Below are positions 41,864-56,253 of a stretch of 64,000 nt of DNA, piece after piece. This stretch comes from the human T2T-CHM13v2.0 reference genome, Homo sapiens. A program made the position numbers and the translations under genes. Under the pieces are notes generated by a model that saw nothing but the letters and a program-made list of their open reading frames with translations, was not told the DNA's origin and did not search any database. Within the stretch, counting starts at the first letter, position 1; every line of letters starts with the position of its first letter. The stretch lies in assembly GCF_009914755.1 (NCBI RefSeq), contig NC_060938.1; one strand, given 5' to 3'.

Positions 41864-43089
41864 AGATTTATATTACTTTTAAAGTCATTTGGCCCTTGGC
41901 TAAACTGTACCGTGCTTTGCTCTGACTAGAAGTGCTAAAGTCAAAGTCAGGTGATTTCTGGATAGCATGTATGAACGGTTTTTGTGACTGAAGATCACAC
42001 CGTTCAAAGAACCTCAGGACTATTGTTGTGGGGGGGATGTGTGTGTTGTGTTTGTAATAGTACTCTTCTAAAAGAAATGATTTGAATGGCATAATCACTG
42101 CTATGGCTGATGTTTTAAAAAAATTGTAAAATAAAAACCCCATGCAGCCAACATCTATATTCTTATGGGTCATATTCACTATAATATCATATGTACTATG
42201 TCATACTGGGAAAGGTGACAAATTTTCAAGGGTTACCTATGTAAAATAAAGTGATATGTTGTCTGCTATTCAATATTAGATGGTGCATTTAACTGTCTTT
42301 ATTCTAAAAACACACACATGCACACCTTTCCCCATAACCTCTTGCCTACTTTCAAACCTTCAGTGGTTTAATTTTTTCTTATACTAGTCTAGACCATGAC
42401 CTTTCACCTGATTACCTACAGTAGTCTCCAGATTGATGTTTCTGCTTTTCCTCTTAGTCCTCTAATTTTGTTTTTTTCCCACATAACTGTAAAGTGACCT
42501 TTAAGAGATAAATTGTTATATTACTGCTTTAAAAACCCTTTGGTGTTTTTCTCTTTTGTAGTTAAAACATAAATCCAGATTCCTTAACAGGTCTATGTCC
42601 TGCCTCTCTCTGCAGCCTCATCTAATGACATTTTTTCTTATTCCCTCACCAAATTTCACCCATATGGAGTCTTCTCTGGTTCTTCTGTCATACCAGACTT
42701 GTTTCTTCTGTCTGTCCTATCTCCCCTTTCCTCCCAAACCCTCCCTTCCAATTTCTTTCTATGCCCACTTCCTCCTTCAAGTCTCCACTTAAATGTCATT
42801 TTCTCATATAAGGCTAACCTGAATTCACAGTCTAAATTGTTTGCCCTGCTATTCTTTCTTACAACCGTCTGGATGTTTTTGCCACAGCATTTATCATAGC
42901 ACTATAAGTCTGTCATACTTCTGTTGACAGTGCATTTTATAAATCTGTGGCAATTTTACAATGTAGTATGCTTGTTAGTTTCCGTGTGATGCCAGCAATG
43001 GCCCAGAGTAAAAAGGTAATCAGTAAATATGATAAATGTGACTTTAAATACAAAGACAGATGCTTTATTGCAAGGAACTTTCTTGATTA

Positions 43090-43388
43090 TTTTTATTTTT
43101 GTTTTTATTTTTTTGAGATGGGGTCTGGCCCTGTCACCCAGGCTGGAGTGCTGTGGCGCAATCTCTGCTCACCGTAGCCTTCAACTCTCGGGCTCAAGCG
43201 ATCCCTCCATCTCACCCTCCTGAGGAACTGGGACCACAGGCAATGCCTGGCTAGTTTTTGTATTTTTTGTAGAGATGGGGTTTCACTGTGTTGCCTATGC
43301 TGGTTTCAAGGTCCTGAGCTCAATCAGTCGTCCTGCCTTGGCCTCCCAAAGTGCTAGGATTACAGGTGTGAGCCACGGCTCCTAGCCT
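43090..43388 (-). mobile_element. Alu (AluJ-like)
   Basis: Diverged antisense dimer. Confidence 0.9.
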
Positions 43389-44789
43389 TGATATTGATTA
43401 AAGAATTTGTCCTTCGGTTTATTTTATTGTAATTGGGTGAGTAAATACTTAAAAAAGTTGTTAGTTATATGTGGGGATTGGGAAAAGCTCCTAGCAGGGA
43501 AGAACCTTGCTGAAGTTACTATGTTACTATATTGCTGTTTAGAGTTAATGCTTTTTAAGATTAAAAGTAATTGCTTTAAGTGTCTCTCTTCTAATGAAAG
43601 ATGTTGCTGGTAGCTTATGGGGGCAAGAGTAATCATTTTATTGTCTGAGACAGCTTTCAACTCTAGAGTCTGGGTGGTAAATCAGACTACCCTTTATCTA
43701 TTTTAGGCAGGCCTTGGAAGAAGTTGGAAACTATTAAAGATAGCATGGAGCAAGTGTTTTGAAACTGTTCACATTTTTCCCCTTTTCCTTGGAGCCATTT
43801 GGTTTTAGATTAAAATCTTATTGTTCTTGGTTTCTCATGGGGCGGTTCTGTTCTCTACTGAAGGAACTCTGCCTTTGTAGGTCTCCTGAATCTGAGTAAG
43901 ACTAGGTAAGTTGAATTTCTCCTTTTTCCTGCCAGAACTGAGTTGGTCAGAGCTTTTCACAGACTGTTCGAAGTCGCAGAGGTAATTGAATCCTTGTGCT
44001 GAATAAAGACGACTTTAGAGCAAGGGGGAAGATAAATACAGGGCACTGGCATAGGATAGGATTTTTTGAGCAGTTGTATGTAGTGGCTAAAGAAGAGTCC
44101 ATGGTGACTGCTTGTTTTCTTTCTTGAGTAACTGGATAGATTGTGGTGACAGTGGTTTTTGTGAACACTTTGTAGAGAGTAGAGGATTGAGAAATTTCAG
44201 AAAGCTGTTTTAGGCATCCCTTGTGCCATTTAAGTGGATATAGTCATTTTACAATTAACATATTTCTCTGGAGTAGAAGAAAGGCTACAATGGGAGTGAT
44301 TGAGGAAGATAATCCACTATCAACAGTACATATGGTAGATGTATATTAGATCAGGGAGGATGTGAGAGGTGATAGAAGGCTCAAGAATGAACCCCAGGAA
44401 ACACCAACAATGAAAGGGCAAGGAAAATCACCATGAAAGATACTGAAGAGGAGCGAAGTGGTGGGAGGAACACCAGGAGGTAGTGGAATCACAGAAACTT
44501 TGAGTTTGGGAAGTAGGGAGCTTGGGGGAATGATCAACAGTAACATGCTTTAGAGATGTCAAGGAGGATTAAGATTGTAAAACTGGGTTTGATATCCTTA
44601 GTAAAAGCAGTTTCATTGCAGTACAAGACTATAAATAAGTACCAAATGAATGGGAAAAGTGACAGCGAGTGTCCGCTACGAGTAAGCTTAGGTGGGAAGG
44701 GGAAAACAGCAAAAGCTAGAAGGGTTGGAGCAGGGATGTTATGTTGTGTGAGTGCACACATGCCCTTGTATTCGAGTTATGAGGCACTT

Positions 44790-45020
44790 GAGAGTGTGGT
44801 TAAGATCCTGAGCTCTGGAGTCAGACTTCCCAAATTCCAGTCTGGACTCTGCCACTTGCAGCTTTGTGGCCTTAGATAAGTTACTTAGCTTCAGTGACTC
44901 AGTTTTCCCATGGCTAAAATGGGAATGATCAAGTTTTGAGAATTAAATGCTAGTGCATGTTAGGTGCTATAAATAGCATATAATAACTGCTGAAAAGTGT
45001 AAACTATTATTGTAATTATT
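44790..45020 (+). mobile_element. MIR
   Basis: GTGGTTAAGATCCTGAGCTCTGGAGTCAGAC...CTCTGCCACTT...CTCAGTTTTCCC. Confidence 0.8.
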
Positions 45021-47139
45021 AGTAAGAAAATGTTTAATTATTAATTTTTTATCATTGACCTTTAAATATACTTGCTTCAGTTATATTTTAAACTTTAAAT
45101 TATTAACAATTTGGGCCCCATGCTGTGTAGCAGGAGGAACTACTGTTATACCACTTAAATTTTTTTCCTAGCTTCTTTCTTCCACCAGTCTCAACTTTCA
45201 TTAATAATAGTTTTTCTGTTTGTCAGATACTTGTAATATTTAACATCTTTTCTGTGATTATAATTTTCATGTTTTAGTTTTAATTTTATAGTTTAATGGT
45301 GGGTCCAGATCTCAATGTTAGTACTTTTGTCATAGCTTCTTTATTCATCTCTTGGTTAGCTGAAGTTGTTTTTCCTGGGATTTTGTCAAAAAATTTTCGA
45401 AATTTTGGCAAGTTAACATGCTTTTCTTGTATTTGTACTCAAATAATAGTTTGGTGGGGTATAACATTCCAGAATTTCATTTTTTTTTCCTTGAAACATT
45501 TTATGCATTTGTTGTTTCACTGTTCTCTTTATTCATATTGCTGGTAGAGGTCTGACGCCAGCCTGCATTTTGCACCCTTTTCATGTATTTTTGTTAAACT
45601 GCACTCTCACAATAAAACATTCTTTGAATAATCAATCACGTGTTTATTATTTACTGGATTTTTTTCAGTGTCTGACCTACTCTACACACATCAAGGGATT
45701 CAATTTCTTTGGCATTCAGTAATTGTACTATAATATGGCTTGACATTGACTGCTCTGTTAAACTTCCCTTGGACACAGTATGCCTTTTCAGTCATTAGAT
45801 TCAAGTTAGCTTTTATTACTGGGAAGTTATATATAATGTTCTTGAAATAAGTAAAATAATGGAGATCAGTTAAATACATATGGGCTCTCCACTGCCTACC
45901 TTCGTTGTCTTTTCATATCTTTAACAAAAAAAAAAACCCTAACACATAACCAAAGAAAACTTTATTTCTACTTTTTATTTATTTCTCTTCACCATTGTCT
46001 CTATGGCTCTTACTGTGTTTACAGCGGCATGTGCTTTTCTGTTTGCTGCTTCCAACTGTAGTATTATTTCTGGGATGGTGTTGCTTTTGCTTCCACTTTA
46101 GTTTTGCCAGCTCACGTTTCATCTCGTTTTGTGTTATCTTTTCTCTGAGCTCTTTTATTTTCCAGAGATGATTACTATATTAGATTTTTAACCACAGTTT
46201 TTTCCTGCTGTGTGATAACCTTTTTCTGGTGATTTTTCTTCACTTGTTATTTGTGTTTTTCTTATTTTCATTTTTTGGTATCGTGTATAGATCCTGTTTT
46301 GTTTTGTTTTGTTTTGTTTCATTTTATTTACTACTACTGTTCTTCCAATGAGGGGTGTTTTTCTTGGATCATCTTTGTGCTAGAGCTTGGTGTTGTTGAA
46401 GGGTCAGGGATGGCTGGTGTTCTCCTTGGGGACTGTGTATGTAAAATGATTTTTTTAGCCTTTGCTGCTTTTCAGATAAGAGGCTTAGGGTCTCCCTGTA
46501 GAGAATCTTTTGACTGCCTCACTGGCTAGTTGCTCCCTTTGAGTGATGTTTTTCCTCTTGAGATGTGGGATTTTATCTGCAACTTTTTTTTTCTTTTCCT
46601 TCTTGAGACCTTCTTCCAAGAAAGTTCCTGCTTGCAATCTTTGCACTTGTTTGTTGTTTCCCATGTCAAGTTGGGGATGGCTGGTTTTACCTTTCAGGAT
46701 GTGCCTGTTAATTTCAGAGAACTACACATCTATGGCACCTCTGTAGCCATGGGTATATTCTGACAGGGTCGTGGAGCATCTGAATTTGATCTTTACTATA
46801 TTTGGTGGTCTTTCCTTATATGCTTTGAGATTACAGGTTACTGTCATTCATAGCAGCTTACATTTTGGTTTCATATTCTCTCTTTTGATCTAGCAGGAGA
46901 AGGAGGAAATTACTGTCTTGACTCTGAGTTTAAAACTGGAATTCCTGTAGTTCTTCGTAAAAATCTGTTCCTTGGTTGATATGTATCTAGTTGGAAATTT
47001 CAGGATACACAACATTAAAGAGATTTTTCTGAATATTTCACTGATCAGTATTTGGCAGTTATTTTACTTTTTATGTAGTACAGAACTCTGCATTGACCCA
47101 AGAACACTTGATGTTAGATACTTCATTTTCATAATTTTT

Positions 47140-47560
47140 TTTTAATCTTAGCACCTTTTATTTTTTATTTTATTTATTTATTTTTCTTATACTTTAAGTT
47201 CTGGGATACATGTGCAGAACGTGCAGGTTTGTTACATAGGTATACACATGCCGTGGTGGTTTGCTGCACCCATCAACCTGTCATCTACATTAGGTATTTC
47301 TCCTAATGCTATCCCTCCCCTATTCCCCCACGCCCCGACAGGCATGTTGCCCTTCCTGTGTCCATGTTCCCCTTCCTGTGTCCATGTGTTCTCATTGTTC
47401 AACTCCCACTTATGAGTGAGAACATGCAGTGTTTGGTTTTCTGTTCTGGTGTTCGTTTGCTGAGAATGATGGTTTCCAGCTTCATCCACGTCCCTGCAAA
47501 GGACATGAACTCATTCTTTTTTATGGCTGCATAGTATTCCATTGTGTATATGTGCCACAT
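47140..47560 (-). mobile_element. L1PA 3' end, 5'-truncated
   Basis: TTATACTTTAAGTTCTGGGATACATGTGCAG...; TSD TTCATTTTCATAATTTTT (47122-47139 and 47561-47578). Confidence 0.93.
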
Positions 47561-47628
47561 TTCATTTTCATAATTTTTATTAGCCCATGGTAACTATTAC
47601 TAATTCTGCATTGCTTTCTCAATTGCAG

Positions 47629-47745
47629 TCAAGTAAGGGAGAATTGACTACGCTTATACATCAGCTTCAAGAAAAGGACAAGTTACTCGCTGCTGTGAAG
47701 GAAGATGCTGCTGCTACAAAGGATCGGTGTAAGCAGTTAACCCAG
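47629..47745 (+). CDS. KTN1: KTN1 exon 6 (SSKGELTT...KQLTQ)
   Basis: Branch-point-like TACTAAT at 47598-47604; CAG| ... CAG|GTGAAG; 117 nt, phase 0-0. Confidence 0.95.
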
Positions 47746-48851
47746 GTGAAGACATTCTTATGTACGAGGGATATACTTCCCAAATCAGAAGCAACAAAAG
47801 ATTTTAGAAATTGTCCATAATCAGTAGTTTAATTATTTGTAATTTATGTCCAACAAAAGTAACTTTCCTTTAGAGTTTTGGGAGGGTAGATAGAGCTGTC
47901 TCTCTCTTTTGTGATATTATAGCCTATAGTTGAATTATTTAAAATAAGAGTACTTACAGATATCCTAGCTTCAGAATAACAAAAGCACTCTGTACAGAAG
48001 CATGGGAATTTGTTTTAATTGGATCTGACCTAGATCTGTTCTCAATAGAAACACAGAATTTGGTGTGATCTTGTTTAAGTCTGATTAATGGAATAAGTGT
48101 GAAACTCTTAACATAGGTAATTTATTTATGGAGCTTCTTGTGATAAGTATAATTTTTTGTCAAGTTCTTCACATCTCAGAAATTTTACTTTGAGAGGTTA
48201 ATAGTAAAAAATACCAGAAAAGCCAATCTTTAAAACATCATGAAACTGAGAGAACAGAATTGAAACTATAGAAAATATGGTTTAATTATTCCTGAAGTGC
48301 TTGTTTCTCTTTCTAGGGATTAAATGCAGTAGAATACATGATGTTTATTTATGAGTCATTCACCTAGCCACTTGATGACATTGTAAGAGTGAATGGCTTT
48401 GTTTGAATATAAATCCTTTATGTGAATTTGAAGTAAATAAAAAAAGTCAATGGAAAAAGTTGGCAAGATTAATTAAAGTTGTTAATAAAATTAGAAACTT
48501 TAACATAGTTTTTTGTGACTATATGACTATATAAAAAATTAAAAATTAGGATAACTAATTTGATAATTCATTGAGCCGCATACTTATGATGTGTATACTT
48601 CTAAGTATGTTATACAGGAGTATAACAATTTGTAAAGATGAATGAACAAACTCAGGCAGCCATAAATTATGTAATATCTCAAATTTTGTCATACAATTGC
48701 TTTAGAGCAGGAACATGATTAGTCCTAATGATACCTGCAGCTAACTTTAAAATTGCTTGGCTTTCATGTACTTTGATAATTAATATTTGTTCTAGGAGTT
48801 CATAGTACCGGCAAAACAAAATGAAATCCCTCATTTAAGATTTGACTTAGT

Positions 48852-49157
48852 GGCCGGGCGCAGTGGCTCATGCCTGTAATCCCAGCACTTTGGGAGGCTG
48901 AGGCGGGTGAATCATGAGGTCAGGAGATCGAGACCATCTTGGCTAACAGGGTGAAACCCCGTCTCTAATAAAAATACAAAAAAAATTAGCCGGGCATGGT
49001 GGTGGGTGCCTGTAGTCTCAACTACTCGGGAGGCTGAGGCAGGAGAATGGTGTGAATCTGGGAGGCGGAGCTTGTAGTGAGCCGAGATCACGCCACTGCT
49101 CTCCAGCCTGGGCGATGGAGTGAGACTCCGTCTCAAAAAAAAAAAAAAAAAAAAAAA
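48852..49157 (+). mobile_element. Alu (AluY-like)
   Basis: TSD AAGATTTGACTTAG. Confidence 0.95.
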
Positions 49158-49673
49158 GATTTGACTTAGGAAGATGATAAAACTTTGCTTTCTGAATTTG
49201 CTTTCCCTTGTTTCAAACTTTGACTCTGCTATAGACATCTTATCCCTATTTTTTTCCCTTAGGAAAGAGAATTATTTCCTTCTAGGCCTTTTTTCCCTGA
49301 AAGAGAACGTGTACCTGGGAATGATAGAGAATGAACTGTTGTGCTTTAAAATGTTCTTTCGTGTAATCAAGTTAGAATGTAGGATTTATTCTAGGTTCAT
49401 AGTCTTTAACTCATAATAAACTAGAAAGTGCATTTGAATTAAGAGTAAACAACAGTGGCAAAGTGTTTATGAAGGGAATTGGCGTGAAGAGCAGATGAGA
49501 TGCAGAAGACTGTTTTTAAAATCTTTTGACCTTGCTTTTTTTAAGCAAGTACTTAATGTTTTATCATTCATGATTATTTTACTGATGTTAAATAACATCA
49601 TTGTTTATCATTGTTGCAGGCTTATGATACTTATTAAATAACAAGTTTTTAAATTTCTGGGATATTCTTTTAG

Positions 49674-49814
49674 GAAATGATGACAGAGAAAGAAAGAAGC
49701 AATGTGGTTATAACAAGGATGAAAGATCGAATTGGAACATTAGAAAAGGAACATAATGTATTTCAAAACAAAATACATGTCAGTTATCAAGAGACTCAAC
49801 AGATGCAGATGAAG
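49674..49814 (+). CDS. KTN1: KTN1 exon 7 (EMMTEKERS...QMQMK)
   Basis: TAG| ... AAG|GTATAT; 141 nt, phase 0-0. Confidence 0.95.
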
Positions 49815-51058
49815 GTATATTTTCATTCTTTGGAAACAAGATGAAATGGTTGCATTCACTTTATTAGCAAACTTTTAAGTGGCTAGTATGTACAAGGCCC
49901 TTTCTTGGGCCATCAACATACAGTGGCTAGTGAAGTTCACTCTGCGTCCTAAGTAAAACAACTTTTCTAGGTGGGGATGAGGTAGGGAGGCCGGATGCAG
50001 ATAAATATGATGATAGAGATAAGTATTGGCGACTTTAGAGCAATGGTGATGGGAGGTAAGGAAGAAAAGGATTTGATAGGGAAGACTTTTTAGAAGTGAT
50101 ATGCAGACTGTGTTAAATCTTTTAAATCAATTAGGCATTATCAAGTAAGAGAGTAAAGAAATGGGCACTGAGGATAAGAGTTACTTGGTGTGATTTCTTA
50201 GTCCATCTCTGGAGGTGATAGTTCAGTGGGTATATTTTGGGACCCAGGACTGAGCTTTTTAATGAGTGCACTCCAGGTGTTACCAGTACAGATTGTCTAG
50301 AGTAACTGCTCTGTGAGAAATACAGTAAGAGTTGTGGTATTTGGTAATGAGGGCTGGAATGAAGAAGGGATATTGAGAAGTAGATAGAGGCCCCATCTTA
50401 AAGGGCCTTGTATACCTGAAGACTGGGGAGCCAGTGAAGGAGTTTAAGCAACGCAGCAGTCGCTGGAATTATACTACTATTTTAAATTTTCACCTTGGTA
50501 GCAGTGGGGAAAGTGGAGCAAGGGATAGTTGGAACACTTTGCTAGAATTCAAGTCAAAGAACAAGGGCCTGAAATTAGATGTTGACAATGAGAGAATGAG
50601 TTTGAGTATACAAAGAGTTAGTTAGATAGGGCTTGGTGTTAGTGTGAAGGGGAGAGGTGATAGTGAAGAATGACTTCCAAGGTTTTGGCCTGAGTGATTT
50701 TGTCTGTTGTTGCTTCCTACCCTTTCACCTGTCTTCTGTCAGAAGGCTCAGTTTTTACAGTCTGTCTTTTGTATATATTTTCCATTTTCATGATTCTAGT
50801 TAGGACTAGACCAGTGAATTTTTTTTTTCTTATTTTTGAAAAGATTGAAATATCTTTATTACTGCTAAAGAGGTTATTGAAGAATATGGCTTGAGTCTGC
50901 TTGCTTGGTGGTCATGTAATACCTTCCTTAATTTAACTTTCTTGACCAGTGACTTTTTGAAATTGTTACTTCCATCTGCTGGCTGATCCTTCAATTTGGA
51001 AGGTCTGTCATTACCTCAGATTTAATATATGTCTAAAACTCACCTATTGATAAGGTTG

Positions 51059-51086
<28 letters not shown>
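51059..51086. repeat. (AT)n microsatellite
   Basis: About 14 AT units. Confidence 0.95.
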
Positions 51087-51090
<4 letters not shown>

Positions 51091-51229
51091 TTTTTTTCAG
51101 GCCAATCATGAGCAATGATGTTTTTAATATTTTGAGGCATTATTATCTTTATGCTTGAATCCTGTGACTTTTCTCTGCCTGGCTTAGGCTACAATTTGTT
51201 CTGAAATCTTAAAGACACTTTATTTCTAT

Positions 51230-51506
51230 GGCTAGGTGCCGTGGCTCATGTCTGTAATCCCAGCCGAGGTGGGAGGATCACTTGAACCCAGGAATTTGAG
51301 AACAGCCTGGGCAACATAGTGGGACCCCATTCTATAAAAAAATTAAAAAGTTTGCCAGGCATGGTGGCATGCCCATGGTCCCAATTACTCAGGAGGCTGA
51401 GGTGGGAGGCTTGAGCCTGGAAGGATGAGGTTGCAGTGAGCCATGATCACACTATTGCACTGCAGCCTGGGTGACAGGGTGAGACCCTGTCTCAAAAAAC
51501 AAAAAA
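51230..51506 (+). mobile_element. Alu (AluJ-like)
   Basis: Dimer with small deletions; TSD CTTTATTTCTA. Confidence 0.9.
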
Positions 51507-52204
51507 CTCCAAACCTCTTTATTTCTAGTTACTCTTGCATTCAATTCTTAGACATGTCTTTAGTTTATTATTACATACTGGGATAATTATGGCTGATATT
51601 AATAGGTTTGTCATTTTCATTCCGTCTTGTATTTGGTACCAGATTTTTTTTTGGTAAAATATTGCTTTGATAATATCGCTAGTCTGCTAAAAATTTTAAA
51701 ATATTCTTTGCTGCTTTCAGAGTCCCAGTGTTTTCCTCTGAAATGCCACTAATAGCAAAAAAGAAGTGAATGATGCTGTTTTCATGTTCTTACCCTATCC
51801 ACTGCTTTTAGCATTTGTTTAACTCATTCCTTCATCTTCTCATCCCCCAGCAATTTGAGTTAGTGAAGAACTGATTTTCCTAGCCTCAAGTGATCTTTTC
51901 TTCTTAATTCCTAATTCCTGTTAATTTGAAAATTAGGCAGATACTTGTAGCAGCATCTTTTGTTGAAGGTGAAAGGTATTTAAGTGATTCATCCTGTTTT
52001 ACTTGATTACTTACAGAGGTCAGGATATAGATTCCATATGATAACTTCTGTGAAAAATAGAAATGTATACCTTAATTTCCCTTAATAAGCAACAGTTTCT
52101 TTTGAAAGAATTATTAATAAGATTATTTCATACAAAAACATGTTCTTATGAGAATATAAGAGTCAGTGTGCCTTTATCTTTAGATTCTTTAATCCAAAAT
52201 TTAA

Positions 52205-52450
52205 AAATTAGAAGAAGAAAGTTAGAGTGGTGGTCGCCAGGGGCTGCAGGGAGAGGAATGGGAGTTATTCGTTAAAAGGTGTAGAAGGTGTTTTACACAA
52301 TGAAGAGAGTTATGGAGAGATGAATGGTGGTCATGATTACACAGCATTATGGATATATTTAATACCAGTGAACTGTATACTTGAAAATGGTTAGAATGGT
52401 ACGTTTTATGTTATATGTATTTTATAATGTAAAAACTTGGAAAAAAAATT
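52205..52450 (+). mobile_element. L1M 3' end fragment
   Basis: GTGGTCGCCAGGGGCTG...GAACTGTATACTTGAAAATGGTTAGAATGG. Confidence 0.75.
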
Positions 52451-52951
52451 AAGAGGTCAGAATATTTTAGCAAGCAGGTTTTTGTGTTATCTATATGATT
52501 ATGGCCCAATTTGTAACTTAATATAAAGTGTACCAAACATATTTTCAGTTTTTAAACTTTGGCTTACTAAAGACTTTAAGAATATTGCTAATGTATAATT
52601 GACATAAGATCAGGACAAGCTTAATTTTGTATGAATCTATTCGGTAGGAAAGAAATCCTAAATCATATTTAGTTCTGAAACATCATCTCTAAGCATGTTT
52701 ATCTTGTATTTCAAATATGATAGCAGCTAGCATCTACTTGTATTCTTGAATGTGGTGACAGTTTGTATTTGATTTGCATTCATCACTAACAAAATATAAT
52801 TCTTTTAAATTTGTTTATATTTATTTGAGAAGAATGATTCAAACTTCATTCTATTGATGTTTTTTATATTCTCATTTTAATAAAGTTTATTTTAAAAGTT
52901 AGCTTTGACAGTCTTTGTTTTCTAAGTTTTATGTGTGTAAAATAATTTTAG

Positions 52952-53058
52952 TTTCAGCAAGTTCGTGAGCAGATGGAGGCAGAGATAGCTCACTTGAAGC
53001 AGGAAAATGGTATACTGAGAGATGCAGTCAGCAACACTACAAATCAACTGGAAAGCAA
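52952..53058 (+). CDS. KTN1: KTN1 exon 8 (FQQVREQM...NQLES)
   Basis: TAG| ... AA|GTATGT; 107 nt, phase 0-2. Confidence 0.94.
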
Positions 53059-53431
53059 GTATGTTTCCAAATACCTTATTTTTTAATTGAATGGCAGAGT
53101 ATTTTCTTGAATCATCAAAATATTAATAGCGTTTGATAGTAATTGGTTAGACTTTTGTTTTTTTACATTTGTTTCTAAAATGAGTTACTTTTAAAAACAA
53201 TTCTCTTTTGCTTTGTGAAGAACTTCTTCAGTTATACATATGTAAACTATGTTATATTAATGTCATACTATTATATACTTATACAAATACATTAATATAT
53301 ATCATATATTACATATTTATATAAACATGTATGTGTATATTGTATATAAACTATGTAATAAATACTAGTACCACCAATGGAATGGTCTACAAGCTTATGA
53401 GTTTATAAGTTTTAAACCATCTGTCCCCTTT

Positions 53432-53913
<482 letters not shown>

Positions 53914-54242
53914 ACCTTAGAGAGACTAGTAATACCGGTACACAGTACCCTGACTGGCTGATTTTTAATACGTTTTCAGAAGACCAGTTTGAAGGTGACA
54001 CTATTTATGGTCATCCATTTTTCTTGATATTTTACAGTGATTTTAGAATTTGAATAACTCATTAGAATTATATAGGAATTATACAACTAAACTTTATTGT
54101 TAGTAGTCACTTGTGTTCTGTTTCAGTTGGGCTGTAAATGGAACTACTAGCTCAGCTCAGCAAAACTAACAAAGTATGTTTTGTTTATTTCTTATATATA
54201 TTTGTAATAACGGAAGGCTCCTAATCCAGTTACTGTTTTCAG

Positions 54243-54375
54243 GCAGTCTGCAGAACTAAATAAACTACGCCAGGATTATGCTAGGTTGGTGAATGAGCTG
54301 ACTGAGAAAACAGGAAAGCTACAGCAAGAGGAAGTCCAAAAGAAGAATGCTGAGCAAGCAGCTACTCAGTTGAAG
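54243..54375 (+). CDS. KTN1: KTN1 exon 9 (QSAELNKL...ATQLK)
   Basis: CAG| ... AAG|GTGATA; 133 nt, phase 2-0. Confidence 0.95.
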
Positions 54376-54420
54376 GTGATATATTCTCACCTTTATTTGT
54401 CATTTCATGAATAATATAGG

Positions 54421-54794
54421 CGTATTAGTTCGTTTTCATACTGGTATGAAGAACTGCCCGAGACTGGGTAAATTTTTAAGGAAAGAGGTTTAATTGACTC
54501 ACGGTTCAACATGGCTGGGGAGGCCTCAGGAAACTTACAATCATGGCAGAAGGTGAAGAAGCAGCAAAGCATCTTCTTCACGAAGCAGCAGGAAGGAGAA
54601 ATGCCGAGCGAGGGGGAAGACTCCCTTATAAAACCATTAGATCTTGTGAGATCTCACTATTACAAGAACAGCATGGGGGAAACCATGCCTATGATTCAGT
54701 TACCTCCACGTGGTCTCTCCCTTGACACGTGGAGATTATGGGGATTACAATTCGAGATGAGGTTTGGGTGGGGACACAATGCCTAACCATATCA
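54421..54794 (-). mobile_element. THE1 (C/D-like) solo LTR
   Basis: CGTATTAGTTCG...CTAACCATATCA, 374 bp; TSD ATAGG/GTAGG. Confidence 0.9.
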
Positions 54795-56165
54795 GTAGGT
54801 ATTTAATTTGATGACTTAAATGTGTATATAGGTTTGAAAAATATAGTTTGAAGCTTAATGGGACCTGTAGTCTAAATGCTATGCCCTGATGAAAGAAAAA
54901 GAAGCATGTGCCCTATTGAAAGAATTGAATATAGGCTTGAATTTGAAGTTAAAGACCGTTTGAAGATATGGTAAATGATGTTAGCTGATTGACAGATATA
55001 AATTGTAGAATTTTATCATATATATGGGGGTTAGGGTCTACAGTATAGGGCAGAAATCATGTAGTTAAAAATTACCCTTAATACCACTTTATCACCCATA
55101 GCTTGGATTTTTCAGTAGGTCCAGCAGAACCTAGTTTTCTTTCAGCACTGGAATAGGTAGTTTTTCCTTTGCTTCAGCACAAGACTAAGTAGTGTTCCAG
55201 TGGCTTGCACTCGACCCATGATGTACAAAAAGTCACATACTGTATCTTTAGACGCCAGAGTGTCACTTGGTCCAGTGAGATGCTTATACTATGAAGAGAT
55301 GCATGGCTTTGCTCAGGCTGACTGAGGGAGGAGCAGATTCATTTATCTCATTTTATATGCATTCTGAAGCATATGTACATTGAATAGAATGATGAGTATA
55401 ATTCTCTATTCCTGCTTTTATTGAAGAGGAAATTTGTTGAAAGTATAGTTCAATTTGTGTAAGTTAAATGCTACCTCATTATAATAGATTCCTACCTAGG
55501 TCATTGATAGAATTGTACTTTGATACCAGTTCCAGAGTAGGAGTTAAAAAGGCTTCAAGAGTAATTGAGTATGGAAAATAGTGTTTTTCTTAAGTCTTGT
55601 TGGGAGATTGATATAAGTATCCTTTCTTTTATTTAATATTGATCTTGCTGGTGGGTTTACTACTGGCATAGATACGGAAGTCTGTTCTCTGTGGATATGG
55701 ATAAATAAATGACATTAAAGATTATAGTCATGATTGGAGTGTTGTGTTATAAAAATACCTCAAAATAAGAATTTTTAGCTACTTAGATTTAGCAATAAAG
55801 ACACCATCCTGTCCTTCGGAAGCTTATCAGCTAAAGGAAGGTTAGTGGGAAACAGGTTATTGCTAAGTGGATCAGATGTATATAGTAGTAGCTATCTTGA
55901 TAGAAACTCAGCACAAATATTGAGTCTGAAATAATCTCCAAACTGTAAACCCTGTAATGTTGGAGGATAGGATGGCTATGGCTGATAAATAAATGGCTTT
56001 TAGACTGTGTGTATCTGCTTGTCTTATTGAAATGTAGGAGACTAGTTGCAATAAGCAGTTTTATGATACAACAGTAAAGGTAGAGGATGCTTTTTTTCCC
56101 TCTTTTTCAAAGTAGAAATTCTGTGTTTGTGCTAATTTATCCTTTCTCCCTTTTAAAATACCAAG

Positions 56166-56253
56166 GTTCAACTACAAGAAGCTGAGAGAAGGTGGGAAGA
56201 AGTTCAGAGCTACATCAGGAAGAGAACAGCGGAACATGAGGCAGCACAGCAAG
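56166..56253 (+). CDS. KTN1: KTN1 exon 10 (VQLQEAERRW...AAQQ)
   Basis: AAG| ... G|GTAAGG; 88 nt, phase 0-1. Confidence 0.95.

Noticed and set aside
53240-53365. AT-rich quasi-palindromic stretch
   Set aside because: Low-complexity TA-rich sequence; self-complementarity is expected from composition.
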